From NCBI GenBank assembly GCA_029939575.1, contig JAOZSR010000006.1, positions 4,037 to 68,036 on the forward strand: a DNA stretch of 64,000 bases. Reading direction: 5' to 3'. The notes under the pieces were generated by a model, which made no database searches, was not told the DNA's origin, and was given only the letters and a program-made list of their open reading frames with translations. This stretch comes from Fidelibacterota bacterium (lineage in GTDB: Bacteria; Fidelibacterota; UBA2242; JAOZSR01). Below, piece by piece: positions 10,008 through 20,332 of this stretch. The number at the start of each line of letters is the position of its first letter. Positions within the stretch are counted from its first letter, which is position 1. Both the position numbers and the translations under genes were made by a program.

Positions 10008-10988
10008 ATGAATAAAAAAAATACAAAATTAAATTATACTGTAGATACTAATAATAATCAACGTTTGGATAAATTTTTATCCGAAAAAATTGACTATCTT
10101 TCACGATCAAAAATTCATGATTTGATTATTAATGAGCATGTTTTGGTAAATAATAAAAAATCAAAACCGTCATATAAAACAAATCCACCTGACATTATTG
10201 ATCTGATATTACCGGAATTTGAAGATGATAAGATAATACCGCAAGAGTTGGATTTAAATATTCTTTATGAAGATGAATACTATATTGCAATCAATAAACA
10301 GCCCGGAATAATAGTACATCCGGGAGCTGGAAATAGATCCGGTACCCTGGTAAACGGCTTAGCATTTTATACTGAAAAATTAAGTAGCGTCGGTGGTAAT
10401 CTTCGCCCTGGATTGGTACATCGTCTTGATAAAGACACTTCCGGTGTCATTGTTGCTGCCAAGACAGATGAAGCACATTGGAAACTAAGTACCCTGTTTT
10501 CTGACAGAAAGATTTACAAAGAATACCATACAATTTGTTGGGGAATTCCAAATAAACTTGAAGGTGAAATAGAATTTCCCATTGACAGAGATAAAAATGA
10601 CCGTAAGACTTTTTGCGTTTCTCCTCATGGAAAACCTGCATTAACATTATTTGAAGTTAAAAAGACCTATAATGTCTGCTCATTTCTTAAACTTGTATTA
10701 AAAACCGGCCGCACTCATCAGGCGAGAGTTCATTTAAAACATCTTGGTTATCCGGTAATTGGAGATTCGGTTTATGGAAAGAAGAAAATATTATTAGATG
10801 GCTTTTTAAAACAGGAAATTGATTTGATAAAACTTATCAGAGCCCGAGTAAAACGCCAGATGTTGCATGCTTATAAAATTTCTTTTTTACATCCATTCTT
10901 AGGAAAAAAAATCGAAATAATTGCACCATATACTAATGATATGAAAGAAATGTTTGATATTCTGGAGCAAAAATCATTTGAAGAATGA
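10008..10988 (+). CDS. rluD: RluA-family 23S rRNA pseudouridine synthase (RluD-like) with N-terminal S4 domain
   Basis: HRLDKDTSGVIVAAKT catalytic-Asp motif, plus an S4-like N-terminus. Confidence 0.85.
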   Translation: MNKKNTKLNYTVDTNNNQRLDKFLSEKIDYLSRSKIHDLIINEHVLVNNKKSKPSYKTNPPDIIDLILPEFEDDKIIPQELDLNILYEDEYYIAINKQPGIIVHPGAGNRSGTLVNGLAFYTEKLSSVGGNLRPGLVHRLDKDTSGVIVAAKTDEAHWKLSTLFSDRKIYKEYHTICWGIPNKLEGEIEFPIDRDKNDRKTFCVSPHGKPALTLFEVKKTYNVCSFLKLVLKTGRTHQARVHLKHLGYPVIGDSVYGKKKILLDGFLKQEIDLIKLIRARVKRQMLHAYKISFLHPFLGKKIEIIAPYTNDMKEMFDILEQKSFEE

Positions 10989-11883
10989 AAAGTATTTAGA
11001 CCAGTTTGTAAAATTTTTAAAACAGGAACGTGGATATTCCCCACATACAATTGAGGCTTACCAAAAAGATATAGAACAATTTTTTTCTTTTTATGGAGAA
11101 TACGCCAATGAAGTACCACTAAGAATGGAAACAGTGAATAAAATTGGCATCAGGCATTTTCTGGGAATGCTCCAGGAAATGGGGTTGGAGATATCTTCTA
11201 TTTCCAGAAAACTTGCATCTGTCAAAGCTTTTTTTAAATTTCTAATAAAGCAAGGAGTCATAATATTAAATCCGGCAGCCTTAGTAAAAACACCCAAAAA
11301 GCCCAAATATTTACCTGTTGTATTATCAGAAGAACAGATTACTCAGGTGATGGATTCATTTGAAGGGGATGATTTTTTAGGCGCCAGAAATCTTGCGATT
11401 TTGGAACTTTTTTATAGTACCGGGATTCGCTTAAGTGAACTAGTTTCTTTAAATATTGGAGATTTGAATTTTTCTCGTATGCTTATAAAAGTTTTTGGTA
11501 AAGGTTCAAAAGAGAGAATTGTACCTTTTAGTGAAATTGTTAAAAATAAAATAAAGAATTATCTTAATATCCGAAAGGAGGAATACTCTGATCTGAATTA
11601 TGAGGACCCCTTATTTATTAGTAAAAGAAAATCCAGGATTTCAAGGCAAATGGTACAACACATGATAAAAAAGGCATTGGAGAAAGTATCGGAGCAGGAA
11701 CATCTTAGTCCACATGTACTGCGACATTCTTTTGCTTCGCATTTACTGGATAATGGGGCCGATTTGAAAGCCGTAAAAGACCTATTGGGGCATAGTAGCT
11801 TGTCAACAACTCAATTGTATACTCATATTAGAATAGGGAAAATGAAAGAGATTTATAAGCAAGCACATCCTCATGGAGAATAA
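10954..11883 (+). CDS. xerD: tyrosine site-specific recombinase XerC/XerD
   Basis: C-terminal catalytic box HVLRHSFASHLLDNGADLKAVKDLLGHSSLSTTQLYTH (R..H..R..Y). Flanked by housekeeping genes. Confidence 0.85.
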   Translation: MIFWSKNHLKNEKYLDQFVKFLKQERGYSPHTIEAYQKDIEQFFSFYGEYANEVPLRMETVNKIGIRHFLGMLQEMGLEISSISRKLASVKAFFKFLIKQGVIILNPAALVKTPKKPKYLPVVLSEEQITQVMDSFEGDDFLGARNLAILELFYSTGIRLSELVSLNIGDLNFSRMLIKVFGKGSKERIVPFSEIVKNKIKNYLNIRKEEYSDLNYEDPLFISKRKSRISRQMVQHMIKKALEKVSEQEHLSPHVLRHSFASHLLDNGADLKAVKDLLGHSSLSTTQLYTHIRIGKMKEIYKQAHPHGE

Positions 11884-11902
11884 TAAAGGGAGAATGACAA
11901 TG

Positions 11903-12187
11903 AATACAGACATTACAATTAGACATTTTGAAGCTTCAGAAAGAATCAAAGAATATGCAATGGACGAAGTTAACAGGCTAATAAAATACCACGACAGGAT
12001 TGTAAGCTGTAAAATGATTTTAGACCGAACCAAAGAAGGTGAAATGGCGGAAATTAATATACATATTGCCGGGAAAGATTTTAATTCAACTCAGTTAACT
12101 AACGATATTTTTAAATCTATTGACGGTGCAGTAGATAAAATGGTTTCCCAACTAAAAAAATATGTTGATAGAAAGTTTAAAAGATAA
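11903..12187 (+). CDS. hpf: ribosome hibernation-promoting factor (short HPF/RaiA)
   Basis: MNTDITIRHFEASERIKEYAMDEV... matches the sigma-54-modulation/S30EA family. The start is chosen at the ATG 9 nt after GGGAGA; the track ORF begins at 11873. Confidence 0.8.
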   Translation, partial: NTDITIRHFEASERIKEYAMDEVNRLIKYHDRIVSCKMILDRTKEGEMAEINIHIAGKDFNSTQLTNDIFKSIDGAVDKMVSQLKKYVDRKFKR

Positions 12188-13152
12188 TGATTGAGCCACT
12201 GACAATAGAAAAGTTATTTAATGAGAATCATAAAAAATTTAAATTAATCCCAATCAATAAAGTTGCTTATGATAAACGAATTATTACATCAACGAAAATA
12301 AATCGTCCGGGTTTGGAATTAACCGGATTTTGGGAATATTTTCAAAAGGATCGGATTCAAATATTTGGGATGAAAGAAAATCATTATCTCAATACTATTT
12401 CAAACGAACATACCTATAAAGTTTTTGAAAAATTATTCAAAAAGGATATTCCGGCAGCAGTTTTCGCTCATAGAACATTACCACCTGAAGGAGTTGTTGA
12501 AATTGCGGATAAATATAAAATACCGCTTTTCAAGACCCAATTGCTGACAAGCACGTTAATAGGTCTGTTGATGGAATATCTTGACTGGAATCTGGCTCCA
12601 TCCTGCCTTATGCATGGTTCTTTGGTAGATGTGTATGGTGTTGGTTTGCTGATTACCGGCCGAAGTGGAATTGGGAAAAGTGAAGTTGCACTGGACCTTG
12701 TAGAGCGTGGTCATCGTTTGGTAGCCGATGATCTTGTCAAAGTAATCCGACGGGCAGATAACGTTATAATTGGGATGGGAACTTCACTGTTGGAGCATCA
12801 TATTGAAATTCGGGGATTAGGTATTATTGATGTTGGAACAATGTTTGGCGTTCGTGGAATCAGAAAACAAAAGAGAGTCGAAGTCCAGGTAGAACTTCAG
12901 GATTGGAGTAAACTCAAAAATTATGAAAGAATCGGATCTATGGAAAAATTCACCAAGATCATTGATGTTAAAACTCCGATAATCCAACTGCCAATATTTC
13001 CCGGGAAAAACGTAACTGTTATTGCTGAGACCGTTGCTTTAAATCATATGTTAAAGATGTATGGGCATAATGCTGCAAAAGAATTTGAAGATAAAATAAA
13101 AAACCAGATACAAATAAAAACATTAAATTATTTAAAAAAGGATTTTGAATAG
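12187..13152 (+). CDS. hprK: HPr kinase/phosphorylase
   Basis: Walker A motif GLLITGRSGIGKSEVALDLVERGHRLVADD. Its start overlaps the hpf stop as TAATG. Confidence 0.9.
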   Translation: MIEPLTIEKLFNENHKKFKLIPINKVAYDKRIITSTKINRPGLELTGFWEYFQKDRIQIFGMKENHYLNTISNEHTYKVFEKLFKKDIPAAVFAHRTLPPEGVVEIADKYKIPLFKTQLLTSTLIGLLMEYLDWNLAPSCLMHGSLVDVYGVGLLITGRSGIGKSEVALDLVERGHRLVADDLVKVIRRADNVIIGMGTSLLEHHIEIRGLGIIDVGTMFGVRGIRKQKRVEVQVELQDWSKLKNYERIGSMEKFTKIIDVKTPIIQLPIFPGKNVTVIAETVALNHMLKMYGHNAAKEFEDKIKNQIQIKTLNYLKKDFE

Positions 13153-13434
13153 GGATTATAGCTTATAAATAAGGTTCAGAAATATAAACAGAATAAATTT
13201 TTTTAATTATCCTTTTGAAAATAAAATAAAATTTATTGTTTGTGAAAATTTCAATATAATAATTTATATTTTTTCCCAACTTTATAAGAATTTGGTTTTT
13301 TACAAATTATGTTGATATTATCTGTTTTAAATTTTATCTTATAACTTGTTATTAAGAATTTTGAAAATATAGATTACAAAGTTCGCAAGCAATGTCTTTT
13401 GAATCGAGAGATTACTGTTTAGTAATGAGGGCAA

Positions 13435-15129
13435 ATGAAATTTCGATTTATATTATTAATAATTATTATAGTATTAGGTGGTACTCTTAGTTGTGAATTT
13501 GAAAAGCCAACATCTTTACAATTACCTGCAAGATGGAATTCACGATTAATTATTCCTCTGTTTGATCAAACTTATGAATTAGCAGATCTGATTTCGGATT
13601 CATCAGATGCTGAACAGAATCCATTATTTGCTGATTCCACAGGTAATATTCATTTTACTTTACAGGATTCACATCAGGCAACTCTTAATTTCAGCACCTC
13701 TGAATGGAATTTACCAGCACACAGTTTGTCTGCTGATACAAACTTTGCTAATATTACTGTTGATACAAGTGGGAATGTCAGCCCAATTCAATTTATAATA
13801 GCTGAAAAAACAAATTTTTTAAAACCACAACTCATTTCCGGTAAAATTGATATGTCACCAGCAAATCGGATAAACTTCCAGGTAGAATTAAGTGACACTC
13901 TAAGTAATCCTATCCAATTAACTATTACTTGTGAAAATTTTAAAGACAGAATTAGTGACACTTTAGAAATAGTGGAAATTTTGTTACCTGTAGGAAGTGA
14001 TTCGACTAATTTTAATTTGAGTGTCAGAGCTGATTCTCTTGTTAATGATGGAATAACTTTATTGGATTCACTTACATTTTCGATACTTTTGAATATTAAT
14101 GATTCCCTGGCAACTCCCGTTGAAGAATTAACCCAGGAGTTATCAATATCAATAGAAGTTAGTCCACTCACTCTCACTTCTTTTTTCGGAACAAGTTATT
14201 TGTCTGAGAAAATATCCGCCCGTAAATTTGAAAAAATTCCTCTTCTTGAAAATGGTGTAGATTTCGATTCCACAGAGATTATTATGGTCTTTAATAATTC
14301 TTCTCACCCTGATATTAAAAACCAGATAATCAGTATTGTTGGAAGGAAAGATGGATTCACCGACGTCCGGAAAGATACTACAGTAAGTTTGCTTATTGAT
14401 ACATTAAAAATGGATATTTCTAAAATTCTATCCCGTTTGCCAGATAGTTTGACAGTATTTTCCATTCCGATTTTAGAGCAAAAAGAATATATCTCCGGGG
14501 GAATAAACAGTATAGGGATTGATGCAAAATATGAAATTAGTGCCCCATTATCCTTTATGTTTTTTGATGAAATAAATATAATATCCGGTAATCCCAATGA
14601 GATTTTTATCAAAGATTCTTTAACCAGATCAAATTTATGCAAATCTCAAAATGGAGTTGCTTTTGATATGGAAGTAGAAAACAGTATGCGATTACCCGGA
14701 TATATTTATCTTATTGCCGGTAATTTCCCGTTGGTAAAATTTGATTCAGCATATATTTCAAATCGGGTTGATTTTTACTGGAATCCCACAATGGATTCTT
14801 TGTTTCATGTTAGTGATGAAACAACTCTTGTCAAATTTGATACGCTTGCGGAAATCGAATTACCTAAGGGTGAATGGGAGGATGTTCAGTTAATAAATCC
14901 GGGATATTCTCAACAAATGTTTTATTCTGATTCCAGTGTTGTTTCGCTATTATTAGATACAATGTATATCATGCCTGCTTTTAAATTATCCAATCCGGAC
15001 TCCATTCCGTTTTCCATAAATACGAATGAATTTTTTAGAATTAAATCCTATTTGAATGTACTCTTTGATCCAAAGGCCTTAACACCGGAATCTCCGGATA
15101 CTTCGGATACAACTTTAATTACAGGATAA
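13435..15129 (+). CDS. large surface lipoprotein, paralog A1 of the duplicated module
   Basis: Lipoprotein signal peptide (…VLGGTLSC). No known domain recognised. Its C-terminal half is similar to that of the protein at 16574..18847. Confidence 0.5.
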   Translation: MKFRFILLIIIIVLGGTLSCEFEKPTSLQLPARWNSRLIIPLFDQTYELADLISDSSDAEQNPLFADSTGNIHFTLQDSHQATLNFSTSEWNLPAHSLSADTNFANITVDTSGNVSPIQFIIAEKTNFLKPQLISGKIDMSPANRINFQVELSDTLSNPIQLTITCENFKDRISDTLEIVEILLPVGSDSTNFNLSVRADSLVNDGITLLDSLTFSILLNINDSLATPVEELTQELSISIEVSPLTLTSFFGTSYLSEKISARKFEKIPLLENGVDFDSTEIIMVFNNSSHPDIKNQIISIVGRKDGFTDVRKDTTVSLLIDTLKMDISKILSRLPDSLTVFSIPILEQKEYISGGINSIGIDAKYEISAPLSFMFFDEINIISGNPNEIFIKDSLTRSNLCKSQNGVAFDMEVENSMRLPGYIYLIAGNFPLVKFDSAYISNRVDFYWNPTMDSLFHVSDETTLVKFDTLAEIELPKGEWEDVQLINPGYSQQMFYSDSSVVSLLLDTMYIMPAFKLSNPDSIPFSINTNEFFRIKSYLNVLFDPKALTPESPDTSDTTLITG

Positions 15130-15134
15130 ATGTA

Positions 15135-16550
15135 TTGAGATCAATTATAAAAAATTTAAGAAATTATTTAAAAGCCTTTTTAATATTTGGTTTTTTCACA
15201 ATTTCTTATCTGTTTTCTCAATCTATCTATTATCCCAGAGCAAAGGGGCTTGGAGGGGCATATTCTACCATTGCAAAAGGCTATAAATGTGCGGCTTATA
15301 ACCCGGCTGGTTTAGCTTTCCCCGGCGAATATAGGAATTATTATGAGATTGGCGGTTGGTCAAAATTCGCTACCAATAATTTTTATTCACTGGCAATTAA
15401 TGGAAAATATGGTGGTAAGGATTTAACAGCGAATAATGGTGAATTACAATCGGAATTTATTGATGATTTGCCTTTAAAAGGCTGGCAAATAAACTTTGGA
15501 CAAAATTTCCCCTTACCATTATTGAATTTTTCAATTGGAAACAAAGCCTTTACAACAAACCTGCTCTATATTGGTGATTATTATGTTGATCGGCCTACTC
15601 TTGATTTGGTTTTTGGAAATTTCCAAAAAGGGAAAAAATACGACATCAATTTGCGTCTTGAATCAATGATGGCCGCCGAATATGGATTTTCCATGGGAAT
15701 TCCATATAACAATCTCGCTCTGGGATTTACTTTAAAATATATCCAGGGGTTGGGGTATTATGGGGTTGACCCAAGCCGGAGTGGTGGGTATATCATAGCA
15801 GATACAACAAATTTTGTGCTCGACGGTAGCGGGGATTTATATTTTCGTACTTCAAACCTTGGACGAGGATTTAGTGCCGATTTTGGATTCATGACAAAGG
15901 ATGTTTTTGGTACAGATATTTCTATAGCTATTAAAAATATTGGTGCGAAAATAGAATGGAATAAACAAAATCTTACACCTGGAAAAATGGGTGAAAGAGC
16001 TTTGGAATTTATGGGAAATCAGTTTAAAACCTGGAATACAGATGTTCAGTTACCTATGAGTGGTGAAATATTTAAATACTCATTTCATATGGATAATGTA
16101 AATGATGCTGAACAAAATGGCTTTTTTCAGGGAGATAGCAGTTATAAAGATTATTTTACAAGCAGTTCTGAAATTATCGACAGCAGTATTGCATTTACTA
16201 CAAAATTGCCAATAATTATTCAAATAGGATTTGCCCGAAATTTTAGTGATGATTTGTTAATAGTAATGGATTTTACAACTTCCTTTGAGGATAAACTAAA
16301 CTATTGGAAAGGATGGCGATCAGCCCTTGGAGCAGAATATTCCTATTTTCCTAAATTTCCATTAAGAATGGGCATGGCAGTTGGAGGACTTTCCGATTGG
16401 GAAATTGACCTGGGGAGTGGATTTCAATTTGGACCGGTTCAATTGGATTGGGCGGTTGGATTTTATGACGGAATATGGCTACATACATTAAAGGGTTATA
16501 GTTTTTCAATTGGTGCCAGCTTTTCATCAGGTAAGTTTAAAAATAAATAA
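15135..16550 (+). CDS. FadL/OMPP1-like outer-membrane beta-barrel, paralog B1
   Basis: Signal peptide. The KGLGGAYSTIAKGYKCAAYNPAGLAF motif resembles the FadL hatch motif GLGRAYSG...NPA. Clear paralog of the protein at 18844..20178. Confidence 0.5.
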   Translation: MRSIIKNLRNYLKAFLIFGFFTISYLFSQSIYYPRAKGLGGAYSTIAKGYKCAAYNPAGLAFPGEYRNYYEIGGWSKFATNNFYSLAINGKYGGKDLTANNGELQSEFIDDLPLKGWQINFGQNFPLPLLNFSIGNKAFTTNLLYIGDYYVDRPTLDLVFGNFQKGKKYDINLRLESMMAAEYGFSMGIPYNNLALGFTLKYIQGLGYYGVDPSRSGGYIIADTTNFVLDGSGDLYFRTSNLGRGFSADFGFMTKDVFGTDISIAIKNIGAKIEWNKQNLTPGKMGERALEFMGNQFKTWNTDVQLPMSGEIFKYSFHMDNVNDAEQNGFFQGDSSYKDYFTSSSEIIDSSIAFTTKLPIIIQIGFARNFSDDLLIVMDFTTSFEDKLNYWKGWRSALGAEYSYFPKFPLRMGMAVGGLSDWEIDLGSGFQFGPVQLDWAVGFYDGIWLHTLKGYSFSIGASFSSGKFKNK

Positions 16551-16573
16551 TTAGAAATTGATAAAAAAAATTT

Positions 16574-18847
16574 ATGAAGAATTTAGGACAAAGGTTATAT
16601 AAATGGATATTTCCATATATTTTGATTATTTCTGTTTTTCTTATTGGCAATTGTACAATTGATCCCATTAAACCCCCAACTTTACCAACATTTTACCAGA
16701 CGATAAACATTCCATTGGCCAATACCAATTTGCCATTGGCAAATTTACAGGATTCGCTTAATCACATTTTTGGTGATTCTTTGGCGGATTCACTCTGGTT
16801 TTTCTTTGAGGGTAGTCTTGATACAACAACTTTAACTAAGGATATTTTTGTTGTTCCAACGGCAATGGATATTGCATTTTCCCAGGAGTTTTCCGAAATA
16901 AGCGGCTCGGATATTTCTTTTGACACTACATTTAGTAAAATCATGAAATTGTCAGATCATATCCATGTGCCGGGAGTTTCTTTGCCCTTTGGTTTTGATG
17001 TTACCCTGGATTCTCTACAAAGAGAGCCTTTGATCAATGAAAATCATAAGATCAAAATTTTTGACAAATACAGTGTGCCATATTTTAAAAGAGTAGACTA
17101 CCTGACAATAGGCTCCGGTACTTTTAGCACGGAAATTACAAATGAACTACTTGTGGATATAGATTCAGTAAATATTGAATTATATAATATTGATGGAGAA
17201 TCAATTTCTAAATTATTTTTTGATAAGATACCGGCAGGAGAAAGCAGGTCAAAAGGTGAGGAAGGAAACCTGGCTGGAAAAAAAATGAGTGATTCGGTAG
17301 CCATTCAAATTAGTGCGATTTTTGCCGGAACAGATGGAGAGCCTTTATTAATTCCAGCCGAAACAGATCCTTTTGTAGATGTTGCTGTCAGGTTTGCTGT
17401 AGATAGTGTAGAAAGTTTTACCGGTATTCCCGAGCCTATAGAACTTTCCCAGTCAATACCAATACCAAGTTCAAATAATACAATTATAAGAGGAATTTAT
17501 TCCGATGTTCTTAGCGATTCACCGGATACAAACCAGATAACATTTCAGGTTCAGAATGATATGCAGGTAAATATTGATTTAGATATATCATTTTTGAATT
17601 TTTACGGTTCAAGCGGTATGTTGAATATTCATAACACATATTTTGCAGGTACTAGCGGTAGTGATATTTTACGCCTGGACAATGATACTTTAAGAAATTC
17701 TGATGCCAGTACTATTGTTGATTCAATAATTGTTCAGACTTTTGTAAACCTGGTTCCTGATGTTGGAGATACAGTGACTACAATACCCCTTTCTTCTCTC
17801 GATCAGAGTTTGGATATTAATATTAATGTGGCAATAATGCAATTTTCAGAAATTGTGGGATTTTTTAATGAATCTTTTGCAATTCCGCCGATAACAATTG
17901 AAGACATTCCCACTGGTTTTAGTGGCATTGATTTTGGAAATGTGTTCCTTAATTTGAAATTAAATAGTGAAATCCAGGCAAGTACTGATCTTAATCTTGA
18001 GATCGGTGGTTATCGCACTGGTTATGAGCCCGAAATTATTGAAATTATCCAAACAATTAATAAAGCCAGCGATACGAATCCGGTTGCAGAATCATCAGTA
18101 TCAATAGATATCGCTCCTGTATTCAACCTTATGCCGGATTCAATTATGGTAGATGGTGATGCATCGATACCTGCAAATGATACATCAAAATTACAAGTTG
18201 GAAAATCCTTTTGGGGGAATTATGAAATTACTGTACCTTTTAAATTAAAACTGGATCCACTTACTTTTATTCCTGTAAGTTCTACCACCTTTAATCCAAT
18301 CAGCAGCCAAATTGCTGAAAAACTTCGCTCCGGATTTATTGAAGCAAAAGTTATTAGTAAAGTAGAAAATAATTTTCCACTGGCCTGTATAATCGAGATT
18401 TTAATTTCAGATTTTGATTATTTTCCTATGGATAGCAGTACAGCTGATTCCGGGTATAATTGGATTGGAGATTCATTATTTGCAGATACTGATACCGGTC
18501 TGATACATATAAAAATTGACACTCTGGTTAGTATTGAATTGCCAAAACCCAATGAATTTAATCAGGATGGAAGTGTGAAAATTCCGTCAATATTGAATCA
18601 GCATAGCAATTTGGATTCTTTAACCTTTGAATCAATTTTAGAAGACAAAGTGCATTATATCAGGCCGAGAGTTTATTTAATTGGTACAGAAGATTATGTG
18701 ACAGTTAAACTCAGCGATGAAATAAAAATTCTTACTTTAATAAGTGTCACCATGGAAGCCGGAAAGTTTATTGGCCTTGACAATGACGAGTCTTCCGATA
18801 CTCTTGAAATTGATAATTTATCCAGAATAACCACAAATGGACATTGA
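16574..18847 (+). CDS. large surface lipoprotein, paralog A2
   Basis: Lipobox (…FLIGNC). Shares C-terminal blocks with A1 (NNFPL…, DTLxxIELPKxxE…). Confidence 0.5.
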   Translation: MKNLGQRLYKWIFPYILIISVFLIGNCTIDPIKPPTLPTFYQTINIPLANTNLPLANLQDSLNHIFGDSLADSLWFFFEGSLDTTTLTKDIFVVPTAMDIAFSQEFSEISGSDISFDTTFSKIMKLSDHIHVPGVSLPFGFDVTLDSLQREPLINENHKIKIFDKYSVPYFKRVDYLTIGSGTFSTEITNELLVDIDSVNIELYNIDGESISKLFFDKIPAGESRSKGEEGNLAGKKMSDSVAIQISAIFAGTDGEPLLIPAETDPFVDVAVRFAVDSVESFTGIPEPIELSQSIPIPSSNNTIIRGIYSDVLSDSPDTNQITFQVQNDMQVNIDLDISFLNFYGSSGMLNIHNTYFAGTSGSDILRLDNDTLRNSDASTIVDSIIVQTFVNLVPDVGDTVTTIPLSSLDQSLDININVAIMQFSEIVGFFNESFAIPPITIEDIPTGFSGIDFGNVFLNLKLNSEIQASTDLNLEIGGYRTGYEPEIIEIIQTINKASDTNPVAESSVSIDIAPVFNLMPDSIMVDGDASIPANDTSKLQVGKSFWGNYEITVPFKLKLDPLTFIPVSSTTFNPISSQIAEKLRSGFIEAKVISKVENNFPLACIIEILISDFDYFPMDSSTADSGYNWIGDSLFADTDTGLIHIKIDTLVSIELPKPNEFNQDGSVKIPSILNQHSNLDSLTFESILEDKVHYIRPRVYLIGTEDYVTVKLSDEIKILTLISVTMEAGKFIGLDNDESSDTLEIDNLSRITTNGH

Positions 18848-20178
18848 TCTTGATTAAATTTTTCCAATTTGTAATATTAATGACAGTTATATCTGTTGGA
18901 ATAAATGCGCAGACTCGTCGTGATCCCCGTGGAATGGCCTTGGCCGGGGCTTATGGATTGATGTCGCGTGGATATTTTTGTATAGATTATAATCCGGCAA
19001 ATCTGGCTATCCATGATCGTTATAAAAGTTATCGCTCTTTGGGCGGTTTGAATTTTGGATTTTCCAATAATTTTTTATCTTTATCTGAATATCAGAAATA
19101 TAACGGGAAAAATTTTGAAGCCGATAATGGGAAATTAAAAAACGAGTTTTTAACCAATTTGCCTAAAAATGGATGGCGGATTTTTTCAGATTTTCACTTT
19201 TCGCTTCCTCTGATTAATTATTCTTCAGTTAATAAAGCAATAACTTCAGATATAATTGTGATTGGAGATTTGGGATTGCCCAGAGGATTGATTTATTTTC
19301 TTTTTGATGGAAATCCATTAGATCGGGAATTGGATTTAGATTTTTCAGAAGAAACCCTGGCTATTGCACAGTGGGCATATTCTTTTGCGATTCCGGTTAA
19401 AAACTTTAATGTGGGTTTATCTCTGAAATATCTAATGGGAGGAGCATTTTTTGGTCTTGATCCGGATTCATCTTATGGCTCAATAACAACCAGTTTTGAA
19501 AGTGGGATAAATGGGAATGGCCATTATTTATTTGAGCAGAAAATTGGTGGACATGGTTTTGGAATTGATATCGGAGTTAATACTGAAAAAATTAATGGAT
19601 TCCGATTTGGCGTTTCAATAACCAACTTATTTGCAAATATAAATTTTGGCAAAGAAACGGTTATCACCAGAATGATTGATGCAGAAAAGATTCTTCCGTG
19701 GGATGGTAAGTTTTACCAGGTGGATTTTGAAATTGATAGCGCTAGTTTTGAAAAGTTTTTTGCCGGTGCCGGTTATGATGAGATCTTTAAAAGTGAGAAT
19801 ACAACAATAGAAAATCATAATAATATGAGTATCCGCTATCCATCTTTGGTACGATTTAGTGTTTCGAAAGATATTCAGGAAGAATCAGTATTAGCAATAG
19901 ATTTTGTGGCAGGCTTTGAAGATCGCTTATTTTCTTTTGGATCATGGAAATTCTGTGCCGGAGTCGAGACAACTCATTTTCCTCATACGCCATTACGGAT
20001 TGGAGTTGCATTTGGAGGAAAGGATCATCGATCTTTAAATTTCGGAAGCGGCTATCATCGTGGTTTTTTTCATTTTGATTGGGCTTTGGGATTCACTCAT
20101 TCTATATTTATCAAAAGTTCCAAAGGGTTGGAGTTTTCTGTAAATTTATTTACAACAAGATTGTGGAAAATAAAATAG
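18844..20178 (+). CDS. FadL/OMPP1-like outer-membrane beta-barrel, paralog B2
   Basis: Signal peptide. RGMALAGAYGLMSRGYFCIDYNPANLA motif. Collinear similarity to B1 (…NNGELQSEF/…DNGKLKNEF; LPLKGWQINF/LPKNGWRIFS). Confidence 0.5.
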   Translation: MILIKFFQFVILMTVISVGINAQTRRDPRGMALAGAYGLMSRGYFCIDYNPANLAIHDRYKSYRSLGGLNFGFSNNFLSLSEYQKYNGKNFEADNGKLKNEFLTNLPKNGWRIFSDFHFSLPLINYSSVNKAITSDIIVIGDLGLPRGLIYFLFDGNPLDRELDLDFSEETLAIAQWAYSFAIPVKNFNVGLSLKYLMGGAFFGLDPDSSYGSITTSFESGINGNGHYLFEQKIGGHGFGIDIGVNTEKINGFRFGVSITNLFANINFGKETVITRMIDAEKILPWDGKFYQVDFEIDSASFEKFFAGAGYDEIFKSENTTIENHNNMSIRYPSLVRFSVSKDIQEESVLAIDFVAGFEDRLFSFGSWKFCAGVETTHFPHTPLRIGVAFGGKDHRSLNFGSGYHRGFFHFDWALGFTHSIFIKSSKGLEFSVNLFTTRLWKIK

Positions 20179-20332
20179 CCTGAAATATTCATTACCACAA
20201 GGACATGAAAATATTCAGATAAAAAAATAAAGTCAACAAAACTATTAATCAAAATTTGTTTTTATGCCCGATTATTTTAAAAGGTTTTATTTTTGGAGTG
20301 ACGACATAGCAGTAATTTGTGAATAATTAAGA

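Noticed and set aside
10954-11883. Tyrosine recombinase as a possible integrase marking a mobile element
   Set aside because: It is sandwiched between rluD and hpf-hprK, with overlapping and coupled starts. It has XerC/D-type motifs and no flanking direct repeats or phage genes. It is a housekeeping dimer-resolution recombinase.
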